A stretch of 64,000 bases of DNA from Candidatus Omnitrophota bacterium (GTDB lineage: Bacteria; Omnitrophota; Gorgyraeia; 2-01-FULL-45-10): the NCBI GenBank assembly GCA_041650805.1, contig JBAZKM010000003.1, forward strand, positions 156,439-220,438. Reading direction: 5' to 3'. Below the pieces are notes generated by a model that made no database searches, was not told the origin of the DNA, and saw only the letters and a list, made by a program, of their open reading frames with translations. Positions 52,757-63,128 of this stretch are shown one piece after another. A program made the position numbers and the translations under genes. How positions within the stretch are numbered: position 1 is the stretch's first letter; every line of letters starts with the position of its first letter.

Positions 52757-54984
52757 TGAAGAAAGAGAAAGAAGTTAAAAAGAAGAGACCGGTGGCTAAA
52801 GCAGCGGAAGTTAAACCGAAGACGAAGAAAGTTGCGGCGAAGACGGCTTCCGTGAAGAAAAAGGCACCTGTCAAAAAGGTTATCGAGAAAGAAGCGCCTG
52901 TTCTTAAAGCAGCGAAGATCGAAGTCAAAAAAGAGGCGCCGAAAGTATCGATAAGACCGCAGGCCCCGGTCACGCCAACGGTAACGGTCAAGAAAGAGGT
53001 CCCGCCGGCCCCAAAGCCGGTCATGCCGCCGAAACCTATTCCCGCGGAAAAACCTCTGCCTCCAAAGCCGGTACAAAAGGCGGCGCCTGCCGCTCCTGTT
53101 ATAAAGGAGAAGGCGGCCCCGCCTCCTCCGCCTAAGCCCGAATTGAAACCGCCACCGCCGCCTGAAGTGAAGATAGAGGTGAAACCGCAGGCAGCCGAGC
53201 CGCCCAAACCCAGGATACTGGAATTCGAAGTCCCCATCTCACTGAAAGATCTGGCCCTGAAGATCGGTGTCAGGGCCAATGAGCTCATATTGAAATTGAT
53301 GGCGAAGAATATCATGGTCACCATAACCCAGAATATAGCCGAAGACCTCGTTGAAAATATATTGAAGGAGTACAACATAGAATACAGGAAGCCGGCCAAA
53401 GTCGAAGAGCAGGTCGCGAGAGAGCACATGGAGGCGGAGGAGAAGCAGGACCTGCAACACATCGTATCGCGCCCGCCTGTGGTCACGTTCATGGGCCACG
53501 TCGACCACGGCAAGACGAGCCTCCTCGACTTCATACGCAAAACGCGTGTCGCGGACAAGGAGAAGGGCGGCATAACCCAGCATATAGGCGCATACGAAGC
53601 GAAGATAAAAAAGGGTTCGGTGACCTTCCTCGACACGCCCGGTCATGAGGCCTTCACGGCCATGAGGGCGCGCGGGGCCAACGCTACCGATGTCGTGGTC
53701 CTGGTAGTCGCCGCCGACGACGGCATCATGCCGCAGACGAAAGAGGCGATCGACCACGCAAGGGCGGCGGGCGTCCCTATAGTGGTGGCCATAAATAAAT
53801 GCGACCTGCCGTCGGCCAACATAGAGAAGGTCAAAGGGCAGCTATCGCAGGTAGGCCTGAGCCCGGAGGGCTGGGGCGGGAAGACGATCACCGTCCCCGT
53901 ATCCGCCAAGACGGGCGAAGGGGTAGATGCTCTTCTTGAGATGCTCCTCCTGGAATCGGAGCTCCTTGAATTAAAGGCAAACCCGCACCTCAGGGCGCGC
54001 GGTGTCGTCATAGAGGGAAAGCTGTCGAGCGGCCAGGGGCCGGTCGCAACCGTCCTGGTGAAGAACGGTACTCTGAAGGTCGGGGACATGGTATTGAGCG
54101 GCATGCACTACGGCAGGGTCAAGGCGATGATGGACCACACGGGCAAACGCATATCAGAGGCACCGCCCTCGAAGCCGGTCAGCATACTCGGCCTTTCCGG
54201 GGTCCCGATGGCCGGAGATGAGTTCTTCGCCGTAAAAGACGAGAGGAAGGCGCGCACGCTCTCACTCCTGAAGCAGGATGAGGCGCGCACGAGGAAGATG
54301 AAGCTGTCGAGAAGGGTGACGCTCGAAGATTTCTACAAGCAGATGAAGAACGGCGCCGCGAAAGAGCTGGCCATAATACTCAAGGGCGATGTCCAGGGAT
54401 CGATCGAGGCGCTCCAGCAGTCGCTTATGGACATGGGCACATCGGAGGTCAAGGTCCATATCATCCACTCCGATGTCGGGAATATCAATGAGTCCGACAT
54501 CATGCTTGCGATGGTGTCGAACGCGGTCATCATGGGTTTCAACGTGAGGGTGGATGAGGGGGCCGAGGCCCTGGCCGCCAAAGAGGACATAGAGATAAAG
54601 CTGTACGGTATCATATACGAGGCGATCCAGGATGTTATGGCGGCCATGGAAGGGCTTCTGGAACCGTTCTCCAAGGAGGTCTTCCTGGGCCGCGCGGTCG
54701 TCAAGCAGGTCTTCAAGGTATCGAAGGCCGGTACGATAGCGGGCTGTTCGGTGGTCAAGGGAAAGATAGCCAGGAGCGGCCTGACGAAATTGATACGCAA
54801 TAAAGAGGTCATATACCAGGGCAAGATAGCGTCGCTCAAACGTTTCAAGGACGACGCGCGTGACGTAGCCGAAGGGTTCGAATGCGGCATAGGTCTGGAT
54901 AGGCACGATGATATTCGTGAAGGCGATATCATCGAGCAGCACCAGATCGAGAAGGTGGCCCGGCGGCTTGAGGCGAGGAAATAG
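52756..54984 (+). CDS. infB: Translation initiation factor IF-2.
   Basis: K/P/A-rich N-terminus; G domain VVTFMGHVDHGKTSLLD, DTPGHEAF, NKCD; 742 aa. Confidence 0.95.
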   Translation: MKKEKEVKKKRPVAKAAEVKPKTKKVAAKTASVKKKAPVKKVIEKEAPVLKAAKIEVKKEAPKVSIRPQAPVTPTVTVKKEVPPAPKPVMPPKPIPAEKPLPPKPVQKAAPAAPVIKEKAAPPPPPKPELKPPPPPEVKIEVKPQAAEPPKPRILEFEVPISLKDLALKIGVRANELILKLMAKNIMVTITQNIAEDLVENILKEYNIEYRKPAKVEEQVAREHMEAEEKQDLQHIVSRPPVVTFMGHVDHGKTSLLDFIRKTRVADKEKGGITQHIGAYEAKIKKGSVTFLDTPGHEAFTAMRARGANATDVVVLVVAADDGIMPQTKEAIDHARAAGVPIVVAINKCDLPSANIEKVKGQLSQVGLSPEGWGGKTITVPVSAKTGEGVDALLEMLLLESELLELKANPHLRARGVVIEGKLSSGQGPVATVLVKNGTLKVGDMVLSGMHYGRVKAMMDHTGKRISEAPPSKPVSILGLSGVPMAGDEFFAVKDERKARTLSLLKQDEARTRKMKLSRRVTLEDFYKQMKNGAAKELAIILKGDVQGSIEALQQSLMDMGTSEVKVHIIHSDVGNINESDIMLAMVSNAVIMGFNVRVDEGAEALAAKEDIEIKLYGIIYEAIQDVMAAMEGLLEPFSKEVFLGRAVVKQVFKVSKAGTIAGCSVVKGKIARSGLTKLIRNKEVIYQGKIASLKRFKDDARDVAEGFECGIGLDRHDDIREGDIIEQHQIEKVARRLEARK

Positions 54985-54985
54985 C

Positions 54986-55969
54986 ATGGAGAAGCGGATA
55001 CTGAGCGGGATGAGGCCTACGGGGAAACTGCACATAGGCCATCTTGTGGGCGCCCTGACGAACTGGGCGAAACTGCAGGATTCGTACAAATGTTTTTACA
55101 TGATCGCGGACTGGCATGCCCTTATGAGCGAGTACGAGAATCCCAAGGGGATGAGCGAGAATAGTTTCGAAGTGGCCCGCGACTTCATAGCCGCCGGCCT
55201 TGACCCGGAAAGATCGGTGATATTCATCCAGTCGCATGTGCCGGAGCACCTGGAGCTTGCCATGGTATTCTCGGACATCACGCCCCTGTCGTGGGTGGAG
55301 CGCTGCCCTACATATAAGGAGCAGCTGCGCGAGCTTAAAGGGCGCGAACTTACCACTTACGGTTTCCTGGGCTACCCGGTGCTCCAGGCAGCGGACATAG
55401 CCGTTTACCGGGCAGGCCATGTCCCTGTCGGGATAGACCAGCTTCCGCACCTGGAGCTGACGCGGGAGATCATACGCAAGTTCAACACCCTGTATAAGAA
55501 GAACGTATTCCCGGAGCCGGAACCGATCCTGACGAAGACGCCGAAGCTTCTGGGCCTGGACAACAGGAAGATGTCGAAGAGTTATAAGAATTTCATCGCG
55601 CTGGCCGATACGCCCGAGGTCGTTTCCAAAAAAGTGGCGCAGATGATAACCGATCCCGAGAGGATAAAATTGGCCGACAAGGGCCATCCCGACATATGCA
55701 ATGTCTTCAGCTACTATATGATATTCGGCAGCGAGACGCTCAGAAAAGACGCCAGGTACTGGTGCGAGAACGCAAAGAAGGGGTGCACGGAATGCAAGAA
55801 GTGCCTGGCCGGTGTCATCATAGAGACCCTTGAGCCGATACGCGAAAGGCGCTCTGTGCTTTCGGATGACAATATAGCGGATATATTAAAGGAAGGGGCA
55901 AAGAAGGCCCGTGCCGCGGCCTCGGAGACGATGGACGAGGTTAAGCGGCTTATAAATTTCGTAAAATGA
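54986..55969 (+). CDS. trpS: Tryptophan--tRNA ligase.
   Basis: HIGH (KLHIGHLVG) and KMSKS (RKMSKSYKN). The ATG 54986 follows the infB stop; the longer ORF from 54908 overlaps infB. Confidence 0.93.
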   Translation: MEKRILSGMRPTGKLHIGHLVGALTNWAKLQDSYKCFYMIADWHALMSEYENPKGMSENSFEVARDFIAAGLDPERSVIFIQSHVPEHLELAMVFSDITPLSWVERCPTYKEQLRELKGRELTTYGFLGYPVLQAADIAVYRAGHVPVGIDQLPHLELTREIIRKFNTLYKKNVFPEPEPILTKTPKLLGLDNRKMSKSYKNFIALADTPEVVSKKVAQMITDPERIKLADKGHPDICNVFSYYMIFGSETLRKDARYWCENAKKGCTECKKCLAGVIIETLEPIRERRSVLSDDNIADILKEGAKKARAAASETMDEVKRLINFVK

Positions 55970-56730
55970 CTTACAAAGTAAAGCTCGAAGTATTCGAAGG
56001 TCCGCTCGATCTCCTTCTCTATCTTATCAAAAAAGAGGAGATCGACATCTATGATATACCGATCACGAAGATCACGGACCAGTACCTGGAGTATATCGAG
56101 CTGATGCAATTGCTCGATCTTAATATAGCGGGCGAGTTCCTGGTGATGGCCGCGACGCTCATACACATAAAGTCGAAGATGCTCCTCCCGCCGGACCAGC
56201 AGGAAGGCGAAGGCGAAGAAGAGCAGGACCCGAGGGCGGAGCTCGTGAAACGCCTCCTCGAGTACAAGCAGTTCAAGGAAGCGGCCTCCGAGCTGTCGCA
56301 GATGGAATCGCACCACAAGCATTTTTTCGCGCGTGCCGGGACGCCTCCGGATGATATCGAAGCCCTCCCGCCCGCCGACATAGGCAAGGTGGAATTCTTC
56401 GAGGCCAGCTTATTCGACCTGATCACCGCGTTCACCAAGATATTGAAAGACATCCCGAAAGATGTCTTTCACAAGGTGATCAAGGACGAATTCACCGTCT
56501 CGGAAAAGATACACGACGTCCTGCACATGCTGGTAGACAGGCCTAAGATGTATTTCACGGACCTCTTCAGGGCGGCTAAGAGCAAATTTGAGATAATAAC
56601 CATATTCCTGGCGGTGCTCGAGCTCATCCGTCTCAAGGAGATAGTGGTGAGACAGACGTCGCAGTTCGGTGAGATAGAGATAATAAGGAACGTGGAACCT
56701 GTAAAACCTTCGGGTGGGACTAATGGATAA
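55966..56730 (+). CDS. scpA: Segregation and condensation protein A.
   Basis: LEVFEGPLDLLLYLIKKEEIDIYDIPI. Confidence 0.9.
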   Translation: MTYKVKLEVFEGPLDLLLYLIKKEEIDIYDIPITKITDQYLEYIELMQLLDLNIAGEFLVMAATLIHIKSKMLLPPDQQEGEGEEEQDPRAELVKRLLEYKQFKEAASELSQMESHHKHFFARAGTPPDDIEALPPADIGKVEFFEASLFDLITAFTKILKDIPKDVFHKVIKDEFTVSEKIHDVLHMLVDRPKMYFTDLFRAAKSKFEIITIFLAVLELIRLKEIVVRQTSQFGEIEIIRNVEPVKPSGGTNG

Positions 56731-57388
56731 AGAAGAAGCCAAAAGGATAATCGAGGCATTGCTATTCGTGAGCGACAAACCGGTGTCGATCGACGCCCTG
56801 CGCGAAGTGCTCAAGGGTATAGAGGCGACCGAGATACGGGGATTGATAGAGGCGCTTAACGGAGAATATGCCTCCTCCGCGAGGAGTTTCAGCATAAAGG
56901 AGATAGCCGGCGGTTTCCAGATGATGACCGACCCTATCTATTCGAAATCGATATCGGCGCTCTATAAGAGGCCGCCGGACCGGCTCACCGGCCCGGGGCT
57001 TGAGACGCTCGCCATCATAGCGTACAAGCAGCCTATAACGCGGAACGAGATAGAGGCGATAAGGGGTGTCAACGTAGACGGCGTATTGGGCACGCTGGAA
57101 GAACGCGGGCTGATCAGGACCAGGGGGCGTCTGGAGGCGCCCGGCCGCCCGATGCTTTACGGCACTACGAGCGAATTCCTGCAGCACTTCGGTCTGAAGT
57201 CGCTAGAGGAGCTGCCCAAGCTGAAAGAGTTCAAGGAGAGCGACCTAGATTTTGTCAGAGAATCGGAAAAACATCAGGTGATCGATAAAACGAGCGGGAA
57301 GGCGGAAAGCGTTCCGGTAGAGGAACCGTCCGGCATTGTCAAGGAGGAGAATAGCGATGGACCTAAAGAGATTGCGCCGAATAGTTGA
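56723..57388 (+). CDS. scpB: Segregation and condensation protein B.
   Basis: Tandem winged-helix ScpB (EALLFVSDKPVS...AIIAYKQPITRNEIE). Confidence 0.9.
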   Translation: MDKEEAKRIIEALLFVSDKPVSIDALREVLKGIEATEIRGLIEALNGEYASSARSFSIKEIAGGFQMMTDPIYSKSISALYKRPPDRLTGPGLETLAIIAYKQPITRNEIEAIRGVNVDGVLGTLEERGLIRTRGRLEAPGRPMLYGTTSEFLQHFGLKSLEELPKLKEFKESDLDFVRESEKHQVIDKTSGKAESVPVEEPSGIVKEENSDGPKEIAPNS

Positions 57389-58427
57389 CGCGATAGACGC
57401 CGGGATATTGAAGCTTCTGAATAAGAGGGCAAAGGTCATATCCGATATAGGCAGGATAAAGGCAAAGAGCAGGAGATCGGTATATGTGCCGCACCGGGAG
57501 GCGGAGGTATATGATAAGCTGGTCTCGAAGAACAGGGGGCCGCTCCCGAACGAATCTGTCATAGCCGTGTTCAGGGAGATAATGTCCGGGTCTCTCGCCC
57601 TGGAAAAGCCGACCGTCATCGCATACCTGGGGCCCGAGGCCACTTTCACCCATATGGCGGCTCTTAAGAAGTTCGGCTCCAGTGTCACATACAAGAGCTG
57701 TGACACCATAACCGATGTATTTTCCGAGGTGGAGAAAGGCCGGGCCGATTACGGCGTCGTCCCGATAGAGAATTCGTGGGAGGGGGCCATAAGCCATACC
57801 CTCGACATGCTCATAGATTCGGACCTAAAGGTCTGTTCGGAGATATTCCTGGATATATCGCACAGCCTTCTATCCAGGGAGGCGGACAAGAGCAGGATAA
57901 GAAGGATATATTCGAAACCCGAGGTCTTCGGCCAATGCAGGATATGGATAGAGTCGAATATGCCGAAGGCTGAGCTCGTGGATGCCTCGAGCACGACAAA
58001 GGCCGCCGAGATAGCTTCCGGCCAGAAGGGGTCCGCCTGCATAGCGAGCGAACTCGCCGCAGGACATTACGGGCTTAAGGTCCTTGAGAGCGGCATAGAG
58101 GATAGCGCCCATAATGTGACGCGCTTCCTTGTCATAGGTAAGACGGACGCGGAACGGACGAAGAACGACAAGACGTCCATAATGCTCTCCGTGAAGGATA
58201 AGGTAGGAGCGTTGCACGACATACTCGTGCCGTTCAAAAGATACGGGATAAACCTGACGAAGATAGAATCGAGGCCTTCAAAGGTGAGGGCCTGGGAGTA
58301 CTATTTCTTTGTCGATCTCGAAGGTCATTACAGCGATCCGAAAGTATCCAGGGCGCTCGATATGCTGAGGAAGAACTCTGCGCACCTCAAGATACTCGGA
58401 TCGTATCCGGCGGGAAATGGAGCATAA
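57357..58427 (+). CDS. pheA: Bifunctional chorismate mutase / prephenate dehydratase (P-protein) with C-terminal ACT domain.
   Basis: N-terminal CM domain (LKRLRRIVDAIDAGILKLLNKRAKV), PDT domain, and ACT domain (SIMLSVKDKVGALHDIL). Confidence 0.9.
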   Translation: MDLKRLRRIVDAIDAGILKLLNKRAKVISDIGRIKAKSRRSVYVPHREAEVYDKLVSKNRGPLPNESVIAVFREIMSGSLALEKPTVIAYLGPEATFTHMAALKKFGSSVTYKSCDTITDVFSEVEKGRADYGVVPIENSWEGAISHTLDMLIDSDLKVCSEIFLDISHSLLSREADKSRIRRIYSKPEVFGQCRIWIESNMPKAELVDASSTTKAAEIASGQKGSACIASELAAGHYGLKVLESGIEDSAHNVTRFLVIGKTDAERTKNDKTSIMLSVKDKVGALHDILVPFKRYGINLTKIESRPSKVRAWEYYFFVDLEGHYSDPKVSRALDMLRKNSAHLKILGSYPAGNGA

Positions 58428-58434
58428 CTAAATA

Positions 58435-58510
58435 GTCACCAAGTCACCAGGTCACAAAGTCACCAGTGAAAGCTTTTACGGGTGACGTGGTGACCTGGTG
58501 TCCTGGTGAC
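58435..58510. repeat. ~75-bp imperfect palindromic intergenic element built from GTCACCA heptamers (copy 1).
   Basis: gtcaccaagtcaccaggtcacaaagtcaccagtgaaagcttttacgggtgacgtggtgacctggtgtcctggtgac. It shares the 31-nt core caaagtcaccagtgaaagcttttacgggtgac with 60639-60708. Confidence 0.85.
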
Positions 58511-58527
58511 CAAATAAGCTATATACT

Positions 58528-59619
58528 ATGAAAAATCTTGTGCGAAAGAACATACTGGGCGTCAAACCGTACGTCCCCGGGAAACCGATAGAGGAAGTCG
58601 AGAGGGAGCTGGGCCTTAAGGACGTCATCAAGCTGGCGTCCAACGAGAGCTGCCTCGGCCCTTCGCCCAGGGCGCTGGCCGCGGTAAGGAAGAACCTGGG
58701 TAAGATAAACCGGTATCCTGACGCCTCATCTTTCTATCTTAAGGAGAGGACGGCGAAGTTCCTCGGCGTGAAGCCGGATAATCTCGTATTCGGGAACGGT
58801 TCTGATGAGATCATCTGCCTTGCGCTCAGGGTCTTTGCCGGGGAAGGCGACGAGGTCATAATAGCCCGTCCCACCTTCCTTATCTATGAGATCGCCTCTC
58901 AGATCCAGAACGCTACGGCAAAGTTCGTTCCCCTGACGGCCGATTTCAGGTATGATCTCAACGCGATGAAGAGGGCGGTAACCGCAAAGACGAAGATCAT
59001 CTTCATCGCCAACCCGGATAACCCGACAGGCACCTATGTCACGAAGGCGGAGCTTGACGAATTCTTCGACGGGCTTCCCGATAAGGTGGTCGTATTCCTG
59101 GATGAAGCGTATTTTGAGTTCGCCGATCACGGCCGGAAGGACTATCCGAACGGTCTCGATTATATCAAGCGCCCGAACGTCATAGTATCGAGGTCTTTTT
59201 CGAAGGCGTACGGCCTCGCCGGCCTCAGGGTAGGTTACGGCGTAGCCAACCCCGGTATCATAAGTTACATCGAGCGTGTGCGAGAGCCGTTCAACGTGAA
59301 TATACTGGCCCAGGCAGGGGCTCTTGCCGCCCTTGACGATGCCGCCTTCCTCAAGAGGAAGCTGGCGCATGTGGCCAAAGAGAAGGAATTTCTCTATTCT
59401 GCCTTCGGCTCCATGGGACTCCGGTATGTCCCGAGCGCGACGAATTTTATACTCGTAGACGTAAAGAAGGACTGCAAGACCGTCTTCGGCGGACTGCTGA
59501 AGAGGGGCGTGATAGTGCGCGATATGAAGGCGTGGGGCATGGATACGTTCATCCGCGTCACGGTCGGCACGCGTGCGGAGAATCGTAAGTTCATTAAAGC
59601 GCTCAGGGGGGCATTATGA
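58528..59619 (+). CDS. hisC: Histidinol-phosphate aminotransferase.
   Basis: NPDNPTGTY, SFSKAYGLAGLRVGY (PLP lysine), 363 aa. Confidence 0.92.
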   Translation: MKNLVRKNILGVKPYVPGKPIEEVERELGLKDVIKLASNESCLGPSPRALAAVRKNLGKINRYPDASSFYLKERTAKFLGVKPDNLVFGNGSDEIICLALRVFAGEGDEVIIARPTFLIYEIASQIQNATAKFVPLTADFRYDLNAMKRAVTAKTKIIFIANPDNPTGTYVTKAELDEFFDGLPDKVVVFLDEAYFEFADHGRKDYPNGLDYIKRPNVIVSRSFSKAYGLAGLRVGYGVANPGIISYIERVREPFNVNILAQAGALAALDDAAFLKRKLAHVAKEKEFLYSAFGSMGLRYVPSATNFILVDVKKDCKTVFGGLLKRGVIVRDMKAWGMDTFIRVTVGTRAENRKFIKALRGAL

Positions 59620-60632
59620 TAATAGTATTGCGGCCCGACGCAACGAAGAAACAGCTGGACCACATAGTCGCCAGGATAAAGAAACTTAAACTGAAACCGT
59701 GGATATCCAAAGGCGTAGAGCGGACAATCATCGGGGTGATAGGGGAAGAGGACGTGATACGCGCTCAGCCGCTGGAAGTATTCCCCGGCGTAGAGCGAGT
59801 ATTGTCGATACTGAAACCGTACAAGCTGGCGTCACGCGATCTCAATAAAGAGGGAACCGTAGTCGATGCCGGCGGCGGTGTGAAGGTGGGCGGCAAAGAG
59901 ATAGTCGTGATGGCCGGTCCGTGTTCGGTCGAGAACAGGCCGCTGCTGCTGGAGATAGCGCGGGCGGTAAAAAAGGCGGGCGCCAAAGTGCTGCGGGGCG
60001 GCGCATTCAAGCCCAGGACGTCACCGTACGCGTTCCAGGGGCTCGGCCTGAAAGGGCTCAAGCTTCTTGCGGAGGCGAAGACCGAGACGGGGCTCCTTAT
60101 CGTCACCGAGCTGATGGATATACGGGACCTCGATGCCGTGCTGAAGTATGCCGACATAATACAGATCGGCGCCAGGAACATGCAGAACTTCAACCTCCTG
60201 AAAGAGGTCGGGAAGTCGAAGAAGCCCGTGCTCCTCAAGCGCGGTATGGCGAATACGGTGAAAGAGTTCCTGATGTCAGCCGAATATATACTTTCAGAAG
60301 GTAACTTTAAGGTCATACTCTGCGAGAGGGGTATAAGGACGTTCGAGGATGCCACGCGTTTTACGCTCGATATAAGCGCCGTGCCTGTCGTAAAGAACCT
60401 GAGCCACCTGCCCATAATCGTAGATCCGTCGCACGCGACCGGTAAGTGGGGGCTTGTGGGCGCATGCGCGAAGGCAGGGTTGGCCGCAGGGGCGGACGGC
60501 CTCATAATCGAAGTCCACCCTAATCCGGAAGAGGCATTTTCTGACGGAGAACAGTCGCTCTATCCTAAAAACTTCGCGTCTCTCATGGGCGAACTGCGCA
60601 AGGTAGCGAAGGCGGTAGGAAGGGAGATGTAA
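59616..60632 (+). CDS. aroF: 3-deoxy-7-phosphoheptulonate (DAHP) synthase, class I-beta.
   Basis: GPCSVENRPLLLEIARAVKKAGAKVLRGGAFKPRTSPYAFQGLG, VDPSHATG. The symbol follows common annotation usage. Confidence 0.85.
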   Translation: MIIVLRPDATKKQLDHIVARIKKLKLKPWISKGVERTIIGVIGEEDVIRAQPLEVFPGVERVLSILKPYKLASRDLNKEGTVVDAGGGVKVGGKEIVVMAGPCSVENRPLLLEIARAVKKAGAKVLRGGAFKPRTSPYAFQGLGLKGLKLLAEAKTETGLLIVTELMDIRDLDAVLKYADIIQIGARNMQNFNLLKEVGKSKKPVLLKRGMANTVKEFLMSAEYILSEGNFKVILCERGIRTFEDATRFTLDISAVPVVKNLSHLPIIVDPSHATGKWGLVGACAKAGLAAGADGLIIEVHPNPEEAFSDGEQSLYPKNFASLMGELRKVAKAVGREM

Positions 60633-60638
60633 CATTCA

Positions 60639-60708
60639 TGTCACAAAGTCACCAGTGAAAGCTTTTACGGGTGACCTGGTGACGGGTGACCTGGTGACCG
60701 AGAGGCTA
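60639..60708. repeat. GTCACCA-heptamer palindromic intergenic element (copy 2).
   Basis: tgtcacaaagtcaccagtgaaagcttttacgggtgacctggtgacgggtgacctggtgac. Confidence 0.85.
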
Positions 60709-60709
60709 T

Positions 60710-61567
60710 ATGATTCGATTTAATAAGGTCGCGATAATCGGCGTAGGATTGATGGGCGGCTCGATCGGGCTGGCAGTGAAGAAGCGAAGAGTGGCCGGAG
60801 AGGTCATCGGCGTCTTCAGGCATGCCTCCACTTTGAGGAGGGCCCTGAAGAGAAGGGCCGTAGACCGCGGGACCCTGAGCATAGAGGAGGGCGTAAAGGA
60901 CGCCGACCTAATTATAATAGCAACGCCCGTATATTCCATACCGCCGCTTGCGGCAAAAGTGATGCGTTATGCGAAGAAGGGGGCCATGATCACCGATGCA
61001 GGCAGCACGAAGAAGTGGCTGGTGGGAGAAGTCGAGAGGAAACTCGGTAGTTCCCGCCGGGTATTTTTCGTAGGGTCCCATCCTATGGCCGGGTCGGAAC
61101 ACGCAGGGGTTGAGTTCGCCAGGGACAACCTCCTGGCCGATGCCCCGTGCATAGTGACGAGGACCCCGAAGACCGACAGGCGCGCCCTCGGGGCCGTCAT
61201 CAACTTCTGGTCGGCGCTGGGCGCAAGGGTCGCCATTATGGACCCTTCCGCACACGACAGGAACATATCGTTCGCAAGCCATCTGCCGCACCTGGTCGCT
61301 TTCGGCGTCATAGGGGCCGTCCCGGAGAAGTATTTCCTCTATTCGGCGGAGGGCTTTAAAGACACTACGAGAGTGGCATCGAGCGACCCCAGGATGTGGA
61401 CGGATATCTTCCTGACCAACAGAAAAGATGTCCTGAGGTCGGCCCGCATGTTCAAGGGCTACCTCGGCGAGATAGTACGGGTGGTGAAGAACGGAGATTC
61501 CAAGAAGCTCTTCCGCCTGCTTAAGAGCGCAAAGATGAAGCGCGACAAATTCTTTTATGGGAAATAA
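60710..61567 (+). CDS. tyrA: Prephenate dehydrogenase.
   Basis: VAIIGVGLMGGSIGLAV NAD(P)-binding, HPMAGSE. Confidence 0.88.
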   Translation: MIRFNKVAIIGVGLMGGSIGLAVKKRRVAGEVIGVFRHASTLRRALKRRAVDRGTLSIEEGVKDADLIIIATPVYSIPPLAAKVMRYAKKGAMITDAGSTKKWLVGEVERKLGSSRRVFFVGSHPMAGSEHAGVEFARDNLLADAPCIVTRTPKTDRRALGAVINFWSALGARVAIMDPSAHDRNISFASHLPHLVAFGVIGAVPEKYFLYSAEGFKDTTRVASSDPRMWTDIFLTNRKDVLRSARMFKGYLGEIVRVVKNGDSKKLFRLLKSAKMKRDKFFYGK

Positions 61568-62252
61568 GAGCCCGCGGACGCTCGTGATAGCAATAGACGG
61601 GCCTGCGGGGAGCGGAAAGAGCACCGTCTCCAAGCTTATAGCTAAAAAGCTCGGCATACTGTATGTAGACACAGGGGCCATGTACAGGGCGCTTACCCTT
61701 AAGGCGATGCGGGAACGTATAGACCTCAAAGATGAAGATGCCCTGGTATCATTGGCCCGTTCCACCGGCATAGACCTTGGCGAAGGGGCCGGGCGCCTCA
61801 GGGTGCTGCTTGACGGAGAAGACGTGGCGGGCCTCATACGCACGCCGGAACTGACCGCAAATATAAAGTACATAGCGCGGGTGCCGGGGGTGAGGCACGA
61901 GATGGTGAGACTCCAGCGCGCCATAGGCAAACGGCAGGGCGCCGTCCTGGAGGGAAGGGATATAGGCACGGTCGTATTCCCGGACGCCGACCATAAATTC
62001 TATCTTGACGCAAGCGTCAAAGAGAGGGCCAGGCGCAGGCACAGGGAGTTGCTTGAGTCCGGCGAAAAGGTCAGCGTTGAGGAGATAGAGAAAGATATAG
62101 TCGTAAGGGACGAATCGGACATAAAGAGGGAGGTCGGCGCGCTCAAAAAGGCCGACGACGCCGTTCTCATCGATACGACGGGCCTCACGATAAATGAGGT
62201 AGTAGAGAAGATATTAAGTCATATACCCGATACCCTATACCCTATACCCTGA
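61557..62252 (+). CDS. cmk: Cytidylate kinase.
   Basis: IAIDGPAGSGKSTVSK, VDTGAMYRA. The C-terminal residues DTLYPIP are encoded by the CCCTATA repeat (62225-62250). Confidence 0.92.
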   Translation: MGNKSPRTLVIAIDGPAGSGKSTVSKLIAKKLGILYVDTGAMYRALTLKAMRERIDLKDEDALVSLARSTGIDLGEGAGRLRVLLDGEDVAGLIRTPELTANIKYIARVPGVRHEMVRLQRAIGKRQGAVLEGRDIGTVVFPDADHKFYLDASVKERARRRHRELLESGEKVSVEEIEKDIVVRDESDIKREVGALKKADDAVLIDTTGLTINEVVEKILSHIPDTLYPIP

Positions 62253-62255
62253 CGC

Positions 62256-63128
62256 ATGCGTATACGTCTCGCTAAGCGGATCGGCTTCTGTTTCGGCGTT
62301 AAGCGCGCCATAGAGATGGCGGAGAAGGCGCTTGAATATAATGATGATGTATATTCGCTCGGCTCGGTCATACATAACCGGCAGGTAGTGAAGAAGTTGT
62401 CGGATAAAGGGCTTAAGGTAGTGCGGGGCATAGACGGCATAAAAGGCGGGACGGTCGTCGTTTCGTCCCACGGCATAAGCCCTGCGGTCGCCGGGCGGAT
62501 AAGAGAAAAGGGATTAAAGCTGATCGACACGACGTGCCCCTTCGTCCTGAACGCGCAGAGGATAGCGAAGTCGCTCGGAGACGAAGGCTACCGCGTAGTG
62601 ATAGTCGGCGATTCGGAACACCCCGAAGTCAAAGCGCTCAGGGGCTTTGTCCCCGACGTGTGCGTGGTGAAGAACAAAAAGGAGGCGATGCGTCTCGCAG
62701 TCAGGCCGCATTCGAGGATAAGCGTGATATCGCAGACGACACAGTCGACGGCGAACTTTCTCGATGTGGTCAGGGTCATAACCGGCAAAAAACCGGGAGA
62801 ACTGAAAGTAATAAATACGATCTGTAAAGACGTGGAAGAGCGGCAGAACTCCGCCGTCGCGCTGGCGCGCAAGGTTGACGCCATGCTTGTTATAGGCGGG
62901 AGGAACAGCGCGAACACAAGACGGCTTTTCGAGCTATGCCGTAAGATATGCAGGAATTCTCACCTTCTCGAGACGGAACGGGATATAAGGAGAGGGTGGT
63001 ACGATACGGCGGAATGCGTAGGCATAACGAGCGGCGCTTCAACGCCGGATTGGATAGTCAAACGGGTAGTAGAGGTAATACGCGTAAAGCATAAAGCGAA
63101 AAGTGCGAAACGGTTAAGGAAGAAGTGA
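62256..63128 (+). CDS. ispH: 4-hydroxy-3-methylbut-2-enyl diphosphate reductase.
   Basis: MRIRLAKRIGFCFGVKRAI, TTCPFV, 290 aa. Confidence 0.92.
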   Translation: MRIRLAKRIGFCFGVKRAIEMAEKALEYNDDVYSLGSVIHNRQVVKKLSDKGLKVVRGIDGIKGGTVVVSSHGISPAVAGRIREKGLKLIDTTCPFVLNAQRIAKSLGDEGYRVVIVGDSEHPEVKALRGFVPDVCVVKNKKEAMRLAVRPHSRISVISQTTQSTANFLDVVRVITGKKPGELKVINTICKDVEERQNSAVALARKVDAMLVIGGRNSANTRRLFELCRKICRNSHLLETERDIRRGWYDTAECVGITSGASTPDWIVKRVVEVIRVKHKAKSAKRLRKK

